From assembly GCF_009914755.1 (NCBI RefSeq), contig NC_060933.1: 64,000 nucleotides of DNA; one strand, 5' to 3'. The notes below the pieces were generated by a model that saw only the letters and a program-made list of their open reading frames with translations, searched no databases and had not been told where the DNA came from. The position numbers and the translations under genes were made by a program. Origin of the DNA: the human T2T-CHM13v2.0 reference genome, Homo sapiens. Below, one piece after another: positions 28,600 through 46,709 of this stretch. Position 1 is the first letter of the stretch. Every line of letters begins with the position of its first letter.

Positions 28600-29400
28600 A
28601 AAAAAACAATAGGAGAAATAAGACAGTCTCCTGTCATAGAGCTTTTATCATCTTACGACAAATACAGAAAAGCAACAGGTATTGAAAATGCAGTGAAGAA
28701 TATGCTGTATGCTGGGTAGGAGAACTGCCCCACGTGAAACTTTAGGTGACAAATCCCCATCGCATCTATTCAGGAGGCACTGCTGGGAAAAGGGTCCCAG
28801 ACAGAATGTGCACAGGCTTGGAGGGGAGAGGGTAGCAGCCTGGCCGAAGTATAGAGCAGGAAAAGGATGGCGGAGATGAGAGGCAAGGAGAAGCCGATAC
28901 CCAAAACCCTGGGAGGCCACAGGTTAAAGATTTTGGACTTTATTCTGATATTGGTAGATTCTACTGAAGGCTTGTATGCAGGGACATGATGGGATCAAGT
29001 CAAATCTGCTTGCCTGAGAATGGTTGAAAAGGGAGGCAGGGAAGCCAGTCACGTGAGAGAAAATGTTGGTCTTAACAAAGGTAGTGGCAGAGCAGGTGGA
29101 AGAAAGTGGATGAAATCAAATGTTTTCAGAGGTACAGCTAATGGGACATGGTGAATGAGAGTTTCTGCCAAAATCAAGGATGATTTTTCAGAAATTTTTT
29201 TGGCTTTGGCAACTAGACGATGGTGGTGCCACTTGTGTAGATATCTAGGCAAGGTAGGAGACCAGGTTTGGGATAAAGATTGCTTTAGACATTGAGATAT
29301 CTTTGGGACATCCTGGTGAAGATGGCAGGTAGTTTGGTCTCAAACTGGGAGGTGCCATCTGGGGTGGAGATGAACTGAGGACTCAGTAACTATAGTCACT
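28600..29400. mobile_element. L2-like degraded LINE fragment
   Basis: ttttggactttattctg and tttggctttggcaactagacgatggtggtgcca resemble L2. Confidence 0.55.
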
Positions 29401-30239
29401 GTAATTTTCTGGGGGTTGCCATTGCTCAGGGAGCTCCTAGAGTAAGGGACTGAGATAGGTCCCAAGGAATAGACTTGGGAGGGCCAGGGAATGGGGAGGC
29501 CACTGAGGTGGTGGGACAGGCTGCAGGGAAGAATACCTCAAAATCATACGAGGCCACTCTTTGACAAGTGTGCCTGTTTCACCGTTTTGTTTGCACAAGA
29601 CTCTAAGACAGTATACTGCCTTAAATAAAGTGCACCCTGTTTGGAAAAGTTCAGGAGAGGTGGGTGTTTTCCTTGTTCCTCTTTGGCTATGCTCTGGGCA
29701 CTGGAAAAAGCCTGCAAAGGAGACTTATCAGGAAAATAAGCAGAATGAGGGCCATATGCCGCTCAGAGGCCATTAAGAGAAGGACTGAAAAGAGCCCATT
29801 GAACTTGGCAAGTAAAGATTGCTGGCGACTGGGGCGAGCTCTTTCTTGAAGGGGTGGGGCAGAAGCTGGAAAGTCAGTTGAGGTGTAGACCATGCAGTGA
29901 GGAAAGAGCGACTCAACTGGGCTTGAAGAACTGACTTCCCCATATTCATACTTGCCCCACTCTATTTGTGGAGTGGCTGGTATGATCTTAAAAGATCATA
30001 AAATGCAAGCATGGTCACTTGACAACTCTACTTAAAATCCACTGTTCTCTAATGAATGACCTAGTCTTTACCCAGAATGCCAGTTTGACCCCTTCTGCCT
30101 CTCCTACTTCGTTTCTGCCCTCTCCATTTGGCCCCTCAGGCTGCAGCCACATTGGCCCCCTGAGACCACCAAGCCTTTAGTATCAAATTTTGGAGACTCA
30201 CATGAAGTTATTATGCAACAGCTCTCTGAGTCTTTACAC

Positions 30240-30387
30240 TGATCACGAAATCAGGAGATTGAGACCATCCTGGCTAACAAAGTGAAACCCCATTTCTACT
30301 AAAAATACAAAAAATTAGCCGGGCATGGTGACATGCATCTGTAGTCCCAGCTACTTGGGAGGCTAGGACTACAGATGCGTGTCACCA
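30240..30387 (+). mobile_element. Internal AluY-like fragment ending in a fold-back inverted duplication
   Basis: gagaccatcctggctaac... followed by an inverted copy of 30326-30352. Confidence 0.85.
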
Positions 30388-30689
30388 GAGGTGACTGTTC
30401 TATTTTGTTGGAACAGCCCACAGCCCTCTCCATTGTTGGCTGAATCTGTCGTGATCCCTAGGGCAGCCTGGAGAAAGCATGCAGAGTGCACACGTGGTGA
30501 GCACAAAGCTTTCGGGGTACTGTGGGTTGAAGACGTCCTGACAGCCCATCTCATTCCACAGAAGGTTTAAGGCAAACTGCCATCCTTAGTCCACAGTTTG
30601 AGGGTGGATTCTTTAAGGATCTAATAGAGGATGAAGGGGAAAAGCAAAAAAACAGAGCTGTGACAAGTTTTATAAGTTGAACAGAACAT

Positions 30690-30695
30690 TTTATT
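30690..30695 (-). terminator. GOLM1: GOLM1 distal polyadenylation signal AATAAA (second hexamer at 30743-30748)
   Basis: tttatt on + strand. Confidence 0.75.
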
Positions 30696-32243
30696 TCTCA
30701 GCAATTCTATGCGTACAAATTAAACATGAGATGAATAGAGACTTTATTGAGAAAGCAAGAGAAAATTCCTATCAACCCCAAGGAGGACTCAAAGTGAGGC
30801 TGGAAGAGGACTTAGAAGAGTATGAAAGTACTCTAAGATTTTATCTAAGTTGCCTTTTCTGGGTGGGAAAGTTTAACCTTAGTGACTAAGGACATCACAT
30901 ATGAAGAATGTTTAAGTTGGAGGTGGCAACGTGAATTGCAAACAGGGCCTGCTTCAGTGACTGTGTGCCTGTAGTCCCAGCTACTCGGGAGTCTGTGTGA
31001 GGCCAGGGGTGCCAGCGCACCAGCTAGATGCTCTGTAACTTCTAGGCCCCATTTTCCCCTCTGAAAATAAGAGGGTTGGATCAAACGATCTCTGGGGCCT
31101 TAGCATCTCAAATCCTGTGGATCCTCCTACTTACCCCTTAGAGAGCCTTACTGGGAAGTCAGTCATTAATGATGTGGCCAGTTATTTGCAAGTGGTAAGA
31201 GCCTATTTACCATAAATAATACTAAGAACCAACTCAAGTCAAACCTTAATGCCATTGTTATTGTGAATTAGGATTAAGTAGTAATTTTCAAAATTCACAT
31301 TAACTTGATTTTAAAATCAGTTTTGTGAGTCATTTACCACAAGCTAAATGTGTACACTATGATAAAAACAACCATTGTATTCCTGTTTTTCTAAACAGTC
31401 CTAATTTCTAACACTGTATATATCCTTCGACATCAATGAACTTTGTTTTCTTTTACTCCAGTAATAAAGTAGGCACAGATCTGTCCACAACAAACTTGCC
31501 CTCTCATGCCTTGCCTCTCACCATGCTCTGCTCCAGGTCAGCCCCCTTTTGGCCTGTTTGTTTTGTCAAAAACCTAATCTGCTTCTTGCTTTTCTTGGTA
31601 ATATATATTTAGGGAAGATGTTGCTTTGCCCACACACGAAGCAAAGTAAATAAAGACCACAAATGTTCAAATTCTAAGCCACTTAATAGCGTTTTGTACA
31701 TTAAAAATGACAAGGGTTATTATACAAGTAGCCTTTTAAAAAATTCTCACACAGAACAGCTTTGTATTTAGACTTAAAGCTGTTGCTACTTTGCTAGTGA
31801 CGTTTGTGTTAACAGTCAGTGCTCTAGGCCATTGATTGATTGATTGTCAGAATCAGAAGTGACTACACAAGAGCATTAGCCAGACTTTTCAGTGAGAACA
31901 GGTAACAGGCTGGCACCAGCACTTGGTACAGCACGTGGACAGGACGACGGAACCCAGAGTTCTCTGTCTCTCCTTCACAGCAGATGGACTCTTCTATAGG
32001 TGGCTGTTAATTTACACAAAGTTATATTCCAGAATCAGGAAGCCCCGCTGTCGCCAACACTTGAAGGAGAACTATGTTCCAGTTTTGGTGTTGAACTTCT
32101 CACGAAATACCTACTACCAAAAATTGTGACACCTTATTAGACACTTCCAAAGTACCCCCCAAAAGCTGTTTAAAAGACCATTCCATTTTTTCCTACACAA
32201 AGTGCATACTAAAATTTCACAATAATCATCTTCAGATGTACAT

Positions 32244-32249
32244 TTTATT
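32244..32249 (-). terminator. GOLM1: Candidate proximal polyadenylation signal AATAAA ~95 nt after the GOLM1 stop
   Basis: Minus strand ...ATGTACTAAATAAAATGTA..., with UGUA upstream and U/GU-rich sequence downstream. Confidence 0.5.
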
Positions 32250-32343
32250 TAGTACATTTCACAGTTTTCAGTATTCAGTCCCTCATGAACATTTTATAGT
32301 CATCTCTTCGGCCCTGTTGTGAAATATGTGATTCCAGTTCAAT

Positions 32344-32420
32344 TCAGAGTGTATGATTCCGCTTTTCACGCTGATCAAGTAAATTTATGGTGTCTCTTTT
32401 CTGATCTTCAACATTAAAAA
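32344..32420 (-). CDS. GOLM1: GOLM1 terminal coding exon, VFNVEDQKRDTINLLDQREKRNHTL*; Golgi membrane protein 1 (GP73)
   Basis: cctttttag|TT...TGA; the 7 exons total 897 nt in frame; recognisable GP73 C-terminus. Confidence 0.97.
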
Positions 32421-32590
32421 CTAAAAAGGAAAAACACATAATATTCTATAGAGTATTAAATGAGATACTAGCCCTAGGCAGGTCCCATTTTCTTATCAAC
32501 TTCTAGAAACTGTCATAAAGAGGACTGCATCTCCCACAGCAACACTGTAATTGGGAGTTGTATTCCTCATCAAGGACAAGATGGCAACGG

Positions 32591-33700
<1,110 letters not shown>

Positions 33701-34456
33701 AAGTGTCCAAATGGATGACCAACAATGTGCCATGAAACAAAGCTGAAGCACCTAAAGATTCCATACTTGTTTGTAACAGTGACATAATGCCCCATATGCC
33801 ATAGAAAATGGACAGTATCAAGTGCACTCATGACATTTTAAATATAATCACCACGCTCCTGTGCGGCGTGACTCCCTTGCTACTGCACTTCTAATGGCAC
33901 ACGCTGCCTCCTGAGAGCTGTCTGCAGCTTCAGACAGCTCTTGTGACTCCAAAGCTCTCCCTTTACAGAGCTGATGTCTGTATGTAGCTTCTACCATCTG
34001 ATCTTACTCTATCCTTTTAACACACAGAAAACATAAAAAGGCACATCACAAATAAAACCTAAAACCACGGTCTTGATTTATAACTATGGCACATTAAATG
34101 GTAGTTTAATGACCATTAAATACCTGCCATATTAAATTAACGGTATCTGTTAAAGGCTCTAATAAAGTTGGAGCTAATGCTTTTTTCTTCTAATTTCCCT
34201 GGAGCAAGTAAGGTCTCACTGTTTCAATGACACAATCTTAAAATAATGTTGAAGCTGATGTTGACATTTCTTCAGCTTCTTCAAAGAGCTGACAAGGCAC
34301 TCATTTTCTTTACCTTACCTACTTACTTTGTTTAAAACCTTGCACAAGGTCAAGTCCTTAGGACACCTGAGTGTAGGGAATGAGAGATCCAAAAAGGCTT
34401 CACCGCAAAGCCCATCATTTAGTAGGAAACTAGGCCCAATTTAAAAGGTGGTTAGA

Positions 34457-34766
34457 GCCGGGGTGGTGGCTCACACCTGTAATCCCAACACTTTGGGAGG
34501 CTGAGGCAGGCAGATCACCTGAGGTCAGGATTTCGAGACCAGCCTAGTGGACATGGTGAAACTCTGTCTGTACTGAAAATACAAAATTAGCTGGGCATGG
34601 TGGCATGAGCCTGTAATCCCAGCTCCCAGCTACTCAGGAGGCTGAGGCAGGAGAATCACTTAAACCCAGGAGGCGGAGACTGCTGTGAGCCAGGATTGTG
34701 CCATTGCACTCCAGCCTGGGCAAGAAGAGTGAGACTCTGTCTCAAAAAAAAAAAAAAAAAAAAAAA
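34457..34766 (+). mobile_element. AluS
   Basis: Alu consensus with long A tail. Confidence 0.9.
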
Positions 34767-35039
34767 GAATAGAAGTAAGACAGTGACCAGACCGTGAAAC
34801 ATGCTCAAGAACATAAATGAGTGGAGTCAATGACAACAGAGAGTTTGTATTTGCTTCAAAGTCTGGCTGCTAGTGTATTTTGCCATTTGCCTTTTTAAAA
34901 AATTGCCTAAATGAAGACAGCTGAAAATTCAAATTAGGACTTGGATTCTAAAAATTCCAAACAACTCTGCCAATTGAAACAACTGACATCCTGGAGAAAT
35001 ATAAAAGATAATTTTTAGGGGGACATTGTTGAAAAATCA

Positions 35040-35400
35040 GACAAGCACAGATTGAGGGACTTTCAACCAAATAACTGAGCCACTACCCTTCAAAAAAGAC
35101 CAACAACATAAATGATAAACTGCTCCACGATAAAGAACACTAAAGAGGTCTGACAATAAATGCAGTGTATAATCCTGAACCCAGAAAAAAAGACATGAAT
35201 TGGACACTCACTAAATTTCAACAAAGTCTACAGATTAGATAATAGCATTGTATAAACATTAATTTCCTTATTTTGGTAATTTTACTGTGGTTATATAAGA
35301 TGTTAACATTTGGGGAACCTGGGTGAAGGGTATACAGAAAATTTTTGCTTTTTAAAGAAGTCTAGATTATTTCAAAATGAAAAGGTAAAAAAAATGTAAG
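35040..35400 (+). mobile_element. L1MC/ME-like 3' fragment
   Basis: actgtggttatataagatgttaacatttggggaacctgggtgaagggtatac motif. Confidence 0.65.
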
Positions 35401-35458
35401 TATTAAAACATTAAATGAATAATGCATTGCCCAGATGGTAATAAAAGAAGGTATTGTT

Positions 35459-35843
<385 letters not shown>

Positions 35844-35906
35844 TTATGATGATATTTTAAAAGCAGTTACCCTCAGAGAAGATGGGGAAGTAATTCATAG
35901 TCATGA

Positions 35907-36285
<379 letters not shown>

Positions 36286-36386
36286 GAAGTGTCTATTTCT
36301 AAGAACATTCCAGTTAACAAATAACATAAAAATGAATTGATACAGGCATTGACCATCAACTGGCATCACAAAAAGAAAGACGCCAG

Positions 36387-36476
36387 GTTGCAGTCAGCCA
36401 AGATCGCGCCACTGCACTTCAGCAAGGGTGACAGAGCGAGACTCCATCTCAAAAAAAAAAAAAAAAAAAAAAAAAA
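36387..36476 (+). mobile_element. Severely 5'-truncated Alu (~64 nt + A26)
   Basis: TSD aaagacgccag at 36376-36386 and 36474-36484. Confidence 0.85.
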
Positions 36477-36585
36477 GACGCCAGACATGACGTGCCTCCC
36501 GATGAAAGAACCAAAGAACACACCACCACTCATCTTACCGAGGGCTTGAGCCAGGACCTGAGTCTCATCAAGTCTCTGGGTATAG

Positions 36586-36993
<408 letters not shown>

Positions 36994-37807
36994 AGAAAAA
37001 TGAATTTTAAGAAAGAATACTATGAGTCCATAGTGATACCAAAACAAACAAGTGTGTTGGAGGAGGGAGAGGAGTTCCTTAAAAAATGTCAGGTAATAAA
37101 TGTGCTGTGATGGCAGCATGTAAAATGTCACCACTTGGGCAATGTTCATCAATGGATGGTAAAGCTACACAAGTTCAAAGCATCCTCTTCTAGATGACGT
37201 ATTAATATCAAAAGGAAAATGGCCTTCTGAGACCTTGTGGGCACCATGTTAGCTAAGGGATCAACCAATCACCTGTAGGACCACCTGCTGTTATGCCTCC
37301 TGGGGAGAAGCAAGAATTCATCAGCCTGAATCCACCACAAGCAAACAGACAAGGCCAGAGTTTGATACATTCTACAAGATACTGGCCTGGACTCTTCAAA
37401 AATTCAAAATAATAATACAAAGGGCAGCTTTCATAGCTGCTTGGAAGCTCTATGCACATACTGGGGCTTCTCATCTGGGAGGCAGACTGATCAAGTAGTG
37501 ACCTAGCCATTTTGTTGGGAAATCCCTAAATGTCACTGAAAAATCATCCTACTTAAAGAGTTGAGCCACACTGAATATGTTTCTAGAAACGATGCAGACT
37601 TTCCGAATGGTTTTCATCACCTTGGGCTTCTCAACCCTCACTTCCCTCCACTGCCCCTGGTTTAAAAGCTCCTAAAGAACAGACGATCTCCTTGAAATGA
37701 CCCATTAATTACAATATAATTTTGGGGATTCATTGGATAATCACGGTGAAGGACCAGGAAAGAGAAATGAAAGGTGACCTCGTCACCGATGTAGGCCCCA
37801 TTCTTAC

Positions 37808-37921
37808 CATCTATGTTTCTGTCATTCCCTGCCAGGGCTGCTTGCTTGTCTGTCTCAGATTCTGCTTCATTTTCATCCATGTTGTAGTCATCTTCTCCTC
37901 TCAGTTTCTGCTGGTTTCTCC
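37808..37921 (-). CDS. GOLM1: GOLM1 penultimate exon, GRNQQKLRGEDDYNMDENEAESETDKQAALAGNDRNID
   Basis: ttacag|GG...GATG|gtaaga; 114 bp. Confidence 0.97.
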
Positions 37922-38274
37922 CTGTAAAATTAGCACATAAAACATAAGCTACATCATTTCTGTCTTGATGTCACAGGACTATCAGAGCACAAGTGCTGGG
38001 GGTTAGCCATACTTGCTCACAATCAGATCTGTCTGCTGCCTCTCTGGAAATGGTAGGGACGCAAGGGCTGGCTTCCAGGACAAGCACATGCATTATGTGT
38101 ACTCCACTTGGACTCGGAATCTACAGACAGCATGGCCCTAAATACAAGGGTGCATTCTAGGCAGAACATGGAGAAACTAACAACCCAAATCTCAATTTTT
38201 TAAAGAGATAATCAACTCAAGATAAAAGAAAGGTGCCACTGTTTTAGGAAGGAACGGATATCTACAGCTAATGA

Positions 38275-38788
<514 letters not shown>

Positions 38789-39893
38789 AAACAAAATCTT
38801 TTTTAAAAGTGCACACCTGGAAAAGCAGCTCTAGTCTCTTTCTCTGGCTCACTGCCTGGGGTGGAAACTGCACAGGCCTATGTGTCCACCGCGTTTCTTC
38901 AAATGAGGTCACCACACCTGCATCTAGAAGCAGGTGCATCCTGCAGGCACTGTGGCATCTCAGGCCCACCTTTGTTACGCTTTGTGACCAGCCGCTGAGG
39001 GGTCTGACACTGGAGCGCCACAGGCTGAGCGAGCCAGTGAGATCTCCCCGCCTCACACACCACAAGCATCTTCTTGCTGGGTGAGCACGGAACACAAGGA
39101 CAGAGCAGGGATACTTAGGGGGAGGCTGACAAAATCCAATTCTTTAACTGGAACTTGGAAGGACACGTTCTTCAGTAAGACACTGAAGTGAAAATTAGAT
39201 TTAAATGGAATCAAGGTAACTTCTGCAAATAAGTGTATTCTCCAACTTCTGTGACTTGGTCCACCCCAGAGCGCAGGTGTCATGTCCTCAGAAGTGTTCC
39301 TGGCTCAGGTGGGAAGGACATTTTCCATATCTGAAGGGACTGAAATACATCCTGGAATAGTCGGTTGATCTCCAATTCCTACCCTTTATTTCTTTAAAAA
39401 GAAAAGAGTCAACCAAACCAAAAAGGAGTGATTCACATGTCATTTTTTCTCAATGTTCACATATGCATTAACCTTCATCTACCCAATATTCCTTCCTTCC
39501 TTCCTTCATTCATTCACTAGGCACTGATTGTCTAAATGGCACCAGACACTGCACGACGGTGGACATACAAAAATGGGGCATGTGGCCTGCCTGCCAGGAG
39601 GGGGCGTCCACTTGATGCTAAGCACCCATCTGCAGGCCACCCACTTGCAAGGTCCCCTCGACTCCCTGCCAATATTGCATCTAAAACCTCGAGTTCTAGA
39701 GCATATGCTGCTCTTCCTTCCTGCCTCCCTCTTGATAACGAATAAGAAACCTTCAAACGAAAAGGAATTGGCAAATTGTGGACTGCTGTTTGGTAAAATT
39801 CAGGGTGATATGTTGGTGCTGGGAAGGACATGGAGGTGGGCTGGGTGTCTGGTGGAAGGGAGTCCACAGCGGCCCCCGAAACTTCACACCCAC

Positions 39894-40151
39894 CTTCCCC
39901 GGCAGCTTCCTGCTCCTCCTCCTGTCCGTCGGGGATGACAAGCTGGTCTCGCTCAGGGCCCTCCATCTCTGGATTTTCCTGGCTCACTGACAGGGCAGCC
40001 TGCACCTGTGGGGTCTGGCCCAGTTCTCCGGCTCCCCCGAAGCCTCTTCCACCTACAGGTCTGTCTTCCACCACCTGCTCCCGGCCTGGCTCCTGCGGCA
40101 GCCTGTCCCTCTGAGGCTCCTCATTCACCACCTGGATCTCATTGGTTTCCT
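39894..40151 (-). CDS. GOLM1: GOLM1 exon, EETNEIQVVNEEPQRDRLPQEPGREQ...DGQEEEQEAAGE (acidic region)
   Basis: gcacag|AG...GAAG|gtgggt; 258 bp. Confidence 0.96.
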
Positions 40152-40392
40152 CTGTGCACAGAACACAGTTAGCTGTGACCTTGCCAGCATTTGATTTAAA
40201 AAAAAAAAAAAAAAAAAAAAGCAAAACCTGGTGCCACTCAATTCCCAGAGCCTTCCCAAGGAGTGGGGGTGGGGTGGGCTGCACACAGGAGAACAACCAG
40301 GTAGCTCCTTTTGTGACCTCAGCCACAGACTGCAGGCCTTTCTGTGCCTGCAGCTCATCGTCAGAACCGCGACAAAGGGAAAAGTAGCTTAC

Positions 40393-40430
<38 letters not shown>

Positions 40431-40880
40431 ACCTGGACTAAATTACCTTGACAAGGTACAAAGGGAAAAGGGTATCCTGCTGAGTGACCTGATCATCGGG
40501 TCCGCTGGAGCAAGCACTTGGGAGCCAGGGCAGGCAGGCCCACCCAGGGCTTGCTCACAGACACAGCAGCCTCCTGGTTCCCAGTGTCTGGGGCTCAGCC
40601 GCCTCCCCCGAGTCCCACAAGCCCACCAATGTCCTGCATAAAGGTGCAGCCTGGGCCTTTCTCTACACAGCTGCCCAGGAACAAGGCACTTCGTTTACAA
40701 GGAGGAGACATCTGTCAGAGAAGCCCCAAAGCCCCAATTCCAGGGGCCCAGAGAGACACGTCCCTGCTCCTGGCTGCGCCGCTGCCGGGTTCACTGACTG
40801 CCTCAGCAGCTCGCTGGGACTGCTTCCTCTGATGGGGCTCTGGAGAGCTGGGAACAGGGCAACTGCTGGGCTCTGCTTAC

Positions 40881-41040
40881 CTTTCTCAACTTGTCTCTTT
40901 GAATCCAAAACCACTTCGGAACTGGGGGCTGGTGTCTGGGACTTGCTGTTACCAAGCACGTTTCCCTTCCCTTGTGGCACCTCTGTGTGTGGCAGGCCTG
41001 CTGCCTGCAGCCTGGGCTGAGGCTCACTGAGGGCTTGGAG
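40881..41040 (-). CDS. GOLM1: GOLM1 exon, LQALSEPQPRLQAAGLPHTEVPQGKGNVLGNSKSQTPAPSSEVVLDSKRQVEK
   Basis: tttcag|CTC...AAAG|gtaagc; 160 bp. Confidence 0.96.
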
Positions 41041-41279
41041 CTGAAACAGAAGCACAGGACAGCCAGCCAGGGCAGGGCTCTGTGAACAGAAGCCGTAAAA
41101 GAATCCTACCAATGCAATGAATCCCACCAATCCCACCACCATATCCTTCCAACCAAGACCCCGAGAAACGCCACAGTCTACTCTGGTCACGCCCTGGTCA
41201 TGTGGCGTAAATCAGAAGACAAGAGGTTGAGTCAAGGTCTCCCAGAAAGTACTGTCAATACAGAATAAAACTGGGCAGT

Positions 41280-44810
<3,531 letters not shown>

Positions 44811-45271
44811 AACTACTCAAAGATCACCCAGAAGGCTTCAAGCAGCAGCTTCGTGGGCTGTGCTCTGCACAGGAGGTGGAATGACAGCACGAGACATGGA
44901 GTCGGCCAGACCTGAGGTCTTGATGGGCTCTACCACTGACCAGGTGGTGTGACACTGGCCACAGAACTTAACCCCTCCCATGGGGCTGGGGTCCTCAAGT
45001 CAGGAAAACAGCAACTCTCTCCCAGGCTGGCTGCGAGCTTTAAATACGATAATTCCCGTAAAGCCCTGAGCTTGTGAAGCGGGGCTGGAGGTCAGAACCC
45101 TTGGTTAGGGTCCAGTCATCCCAGTACCAGGTTCTGCTCTGTTATATCTCAGGGAGCCAAGCCCGCAAAGGAGGGCAGAATCCAGAGAAAGCCAGGCGGC
45201 ACATAAAAGAAACAAAATGCCTGAAGATAGGGGTACCTTCTAGAAACTCTTGGCAAAAATTCCCCAGTTAC

Positions 45272-45401
45272 CTGCTGTCTCTGGTCGTTGTTTTCACTCA
45301 GGTCTCTGGAAGCTACAGCTTCATTCCCCTTTTTGGTGACCTCTTCTATTCGCTCCTCACACTGTTCCTTCACCTCCTTCATCTGATTGATGCACTGGCT
45401 C
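45272..45401 (-). CDS. GOLM1: GOLM1 exon, SQCINQMKEVKEQCEERIEEVTKKGNEAVASRDLSENNDQRQQ
   Basis: caccaaag|G...CAG|gtaact; 130 bp. Confidence 0.96.
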
Positions 45402-45661
45402 CTTTGGTGAAAGAAAGCAAAGGAAGGGCCTGACGTCTATGACTGTGTCTCTGCTGGACGGTGACATCCACTTCCATAAGAGACACAGACCCTCTTCCTG
45501 CTTCAGGCACTTCATCTGAAGAGGGCACTTAAGACAGGGCAACACGGGTGTGTGTTCAACAATTAAATGACCAAAAGAAACACACTAAAAATCATCATCC
45601 CATTGTTCTAAAACAGTGAACTTTACTGATTAGGCAGAAAATTTTTTTTTAACATACAATC

Positions 45662-46709
<1,048 letters not shown>

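Larger units (their letters stand above)
30671..32343 (-). other. GOLM1: GOLM1 3'UTR (~1.67 kb)
   Basis: From the stop codon to ~20 nt past the distal AATAAA; end position approximate. Confidence 0.8.

Noticed and set aside
39532-40395. 287-aa minus ORF
   Set aside because: It is the 258-nt GOLM1 exon plus open flanking intron, and it runs through a poly(T) tract; canonical splice sites explain the coding part
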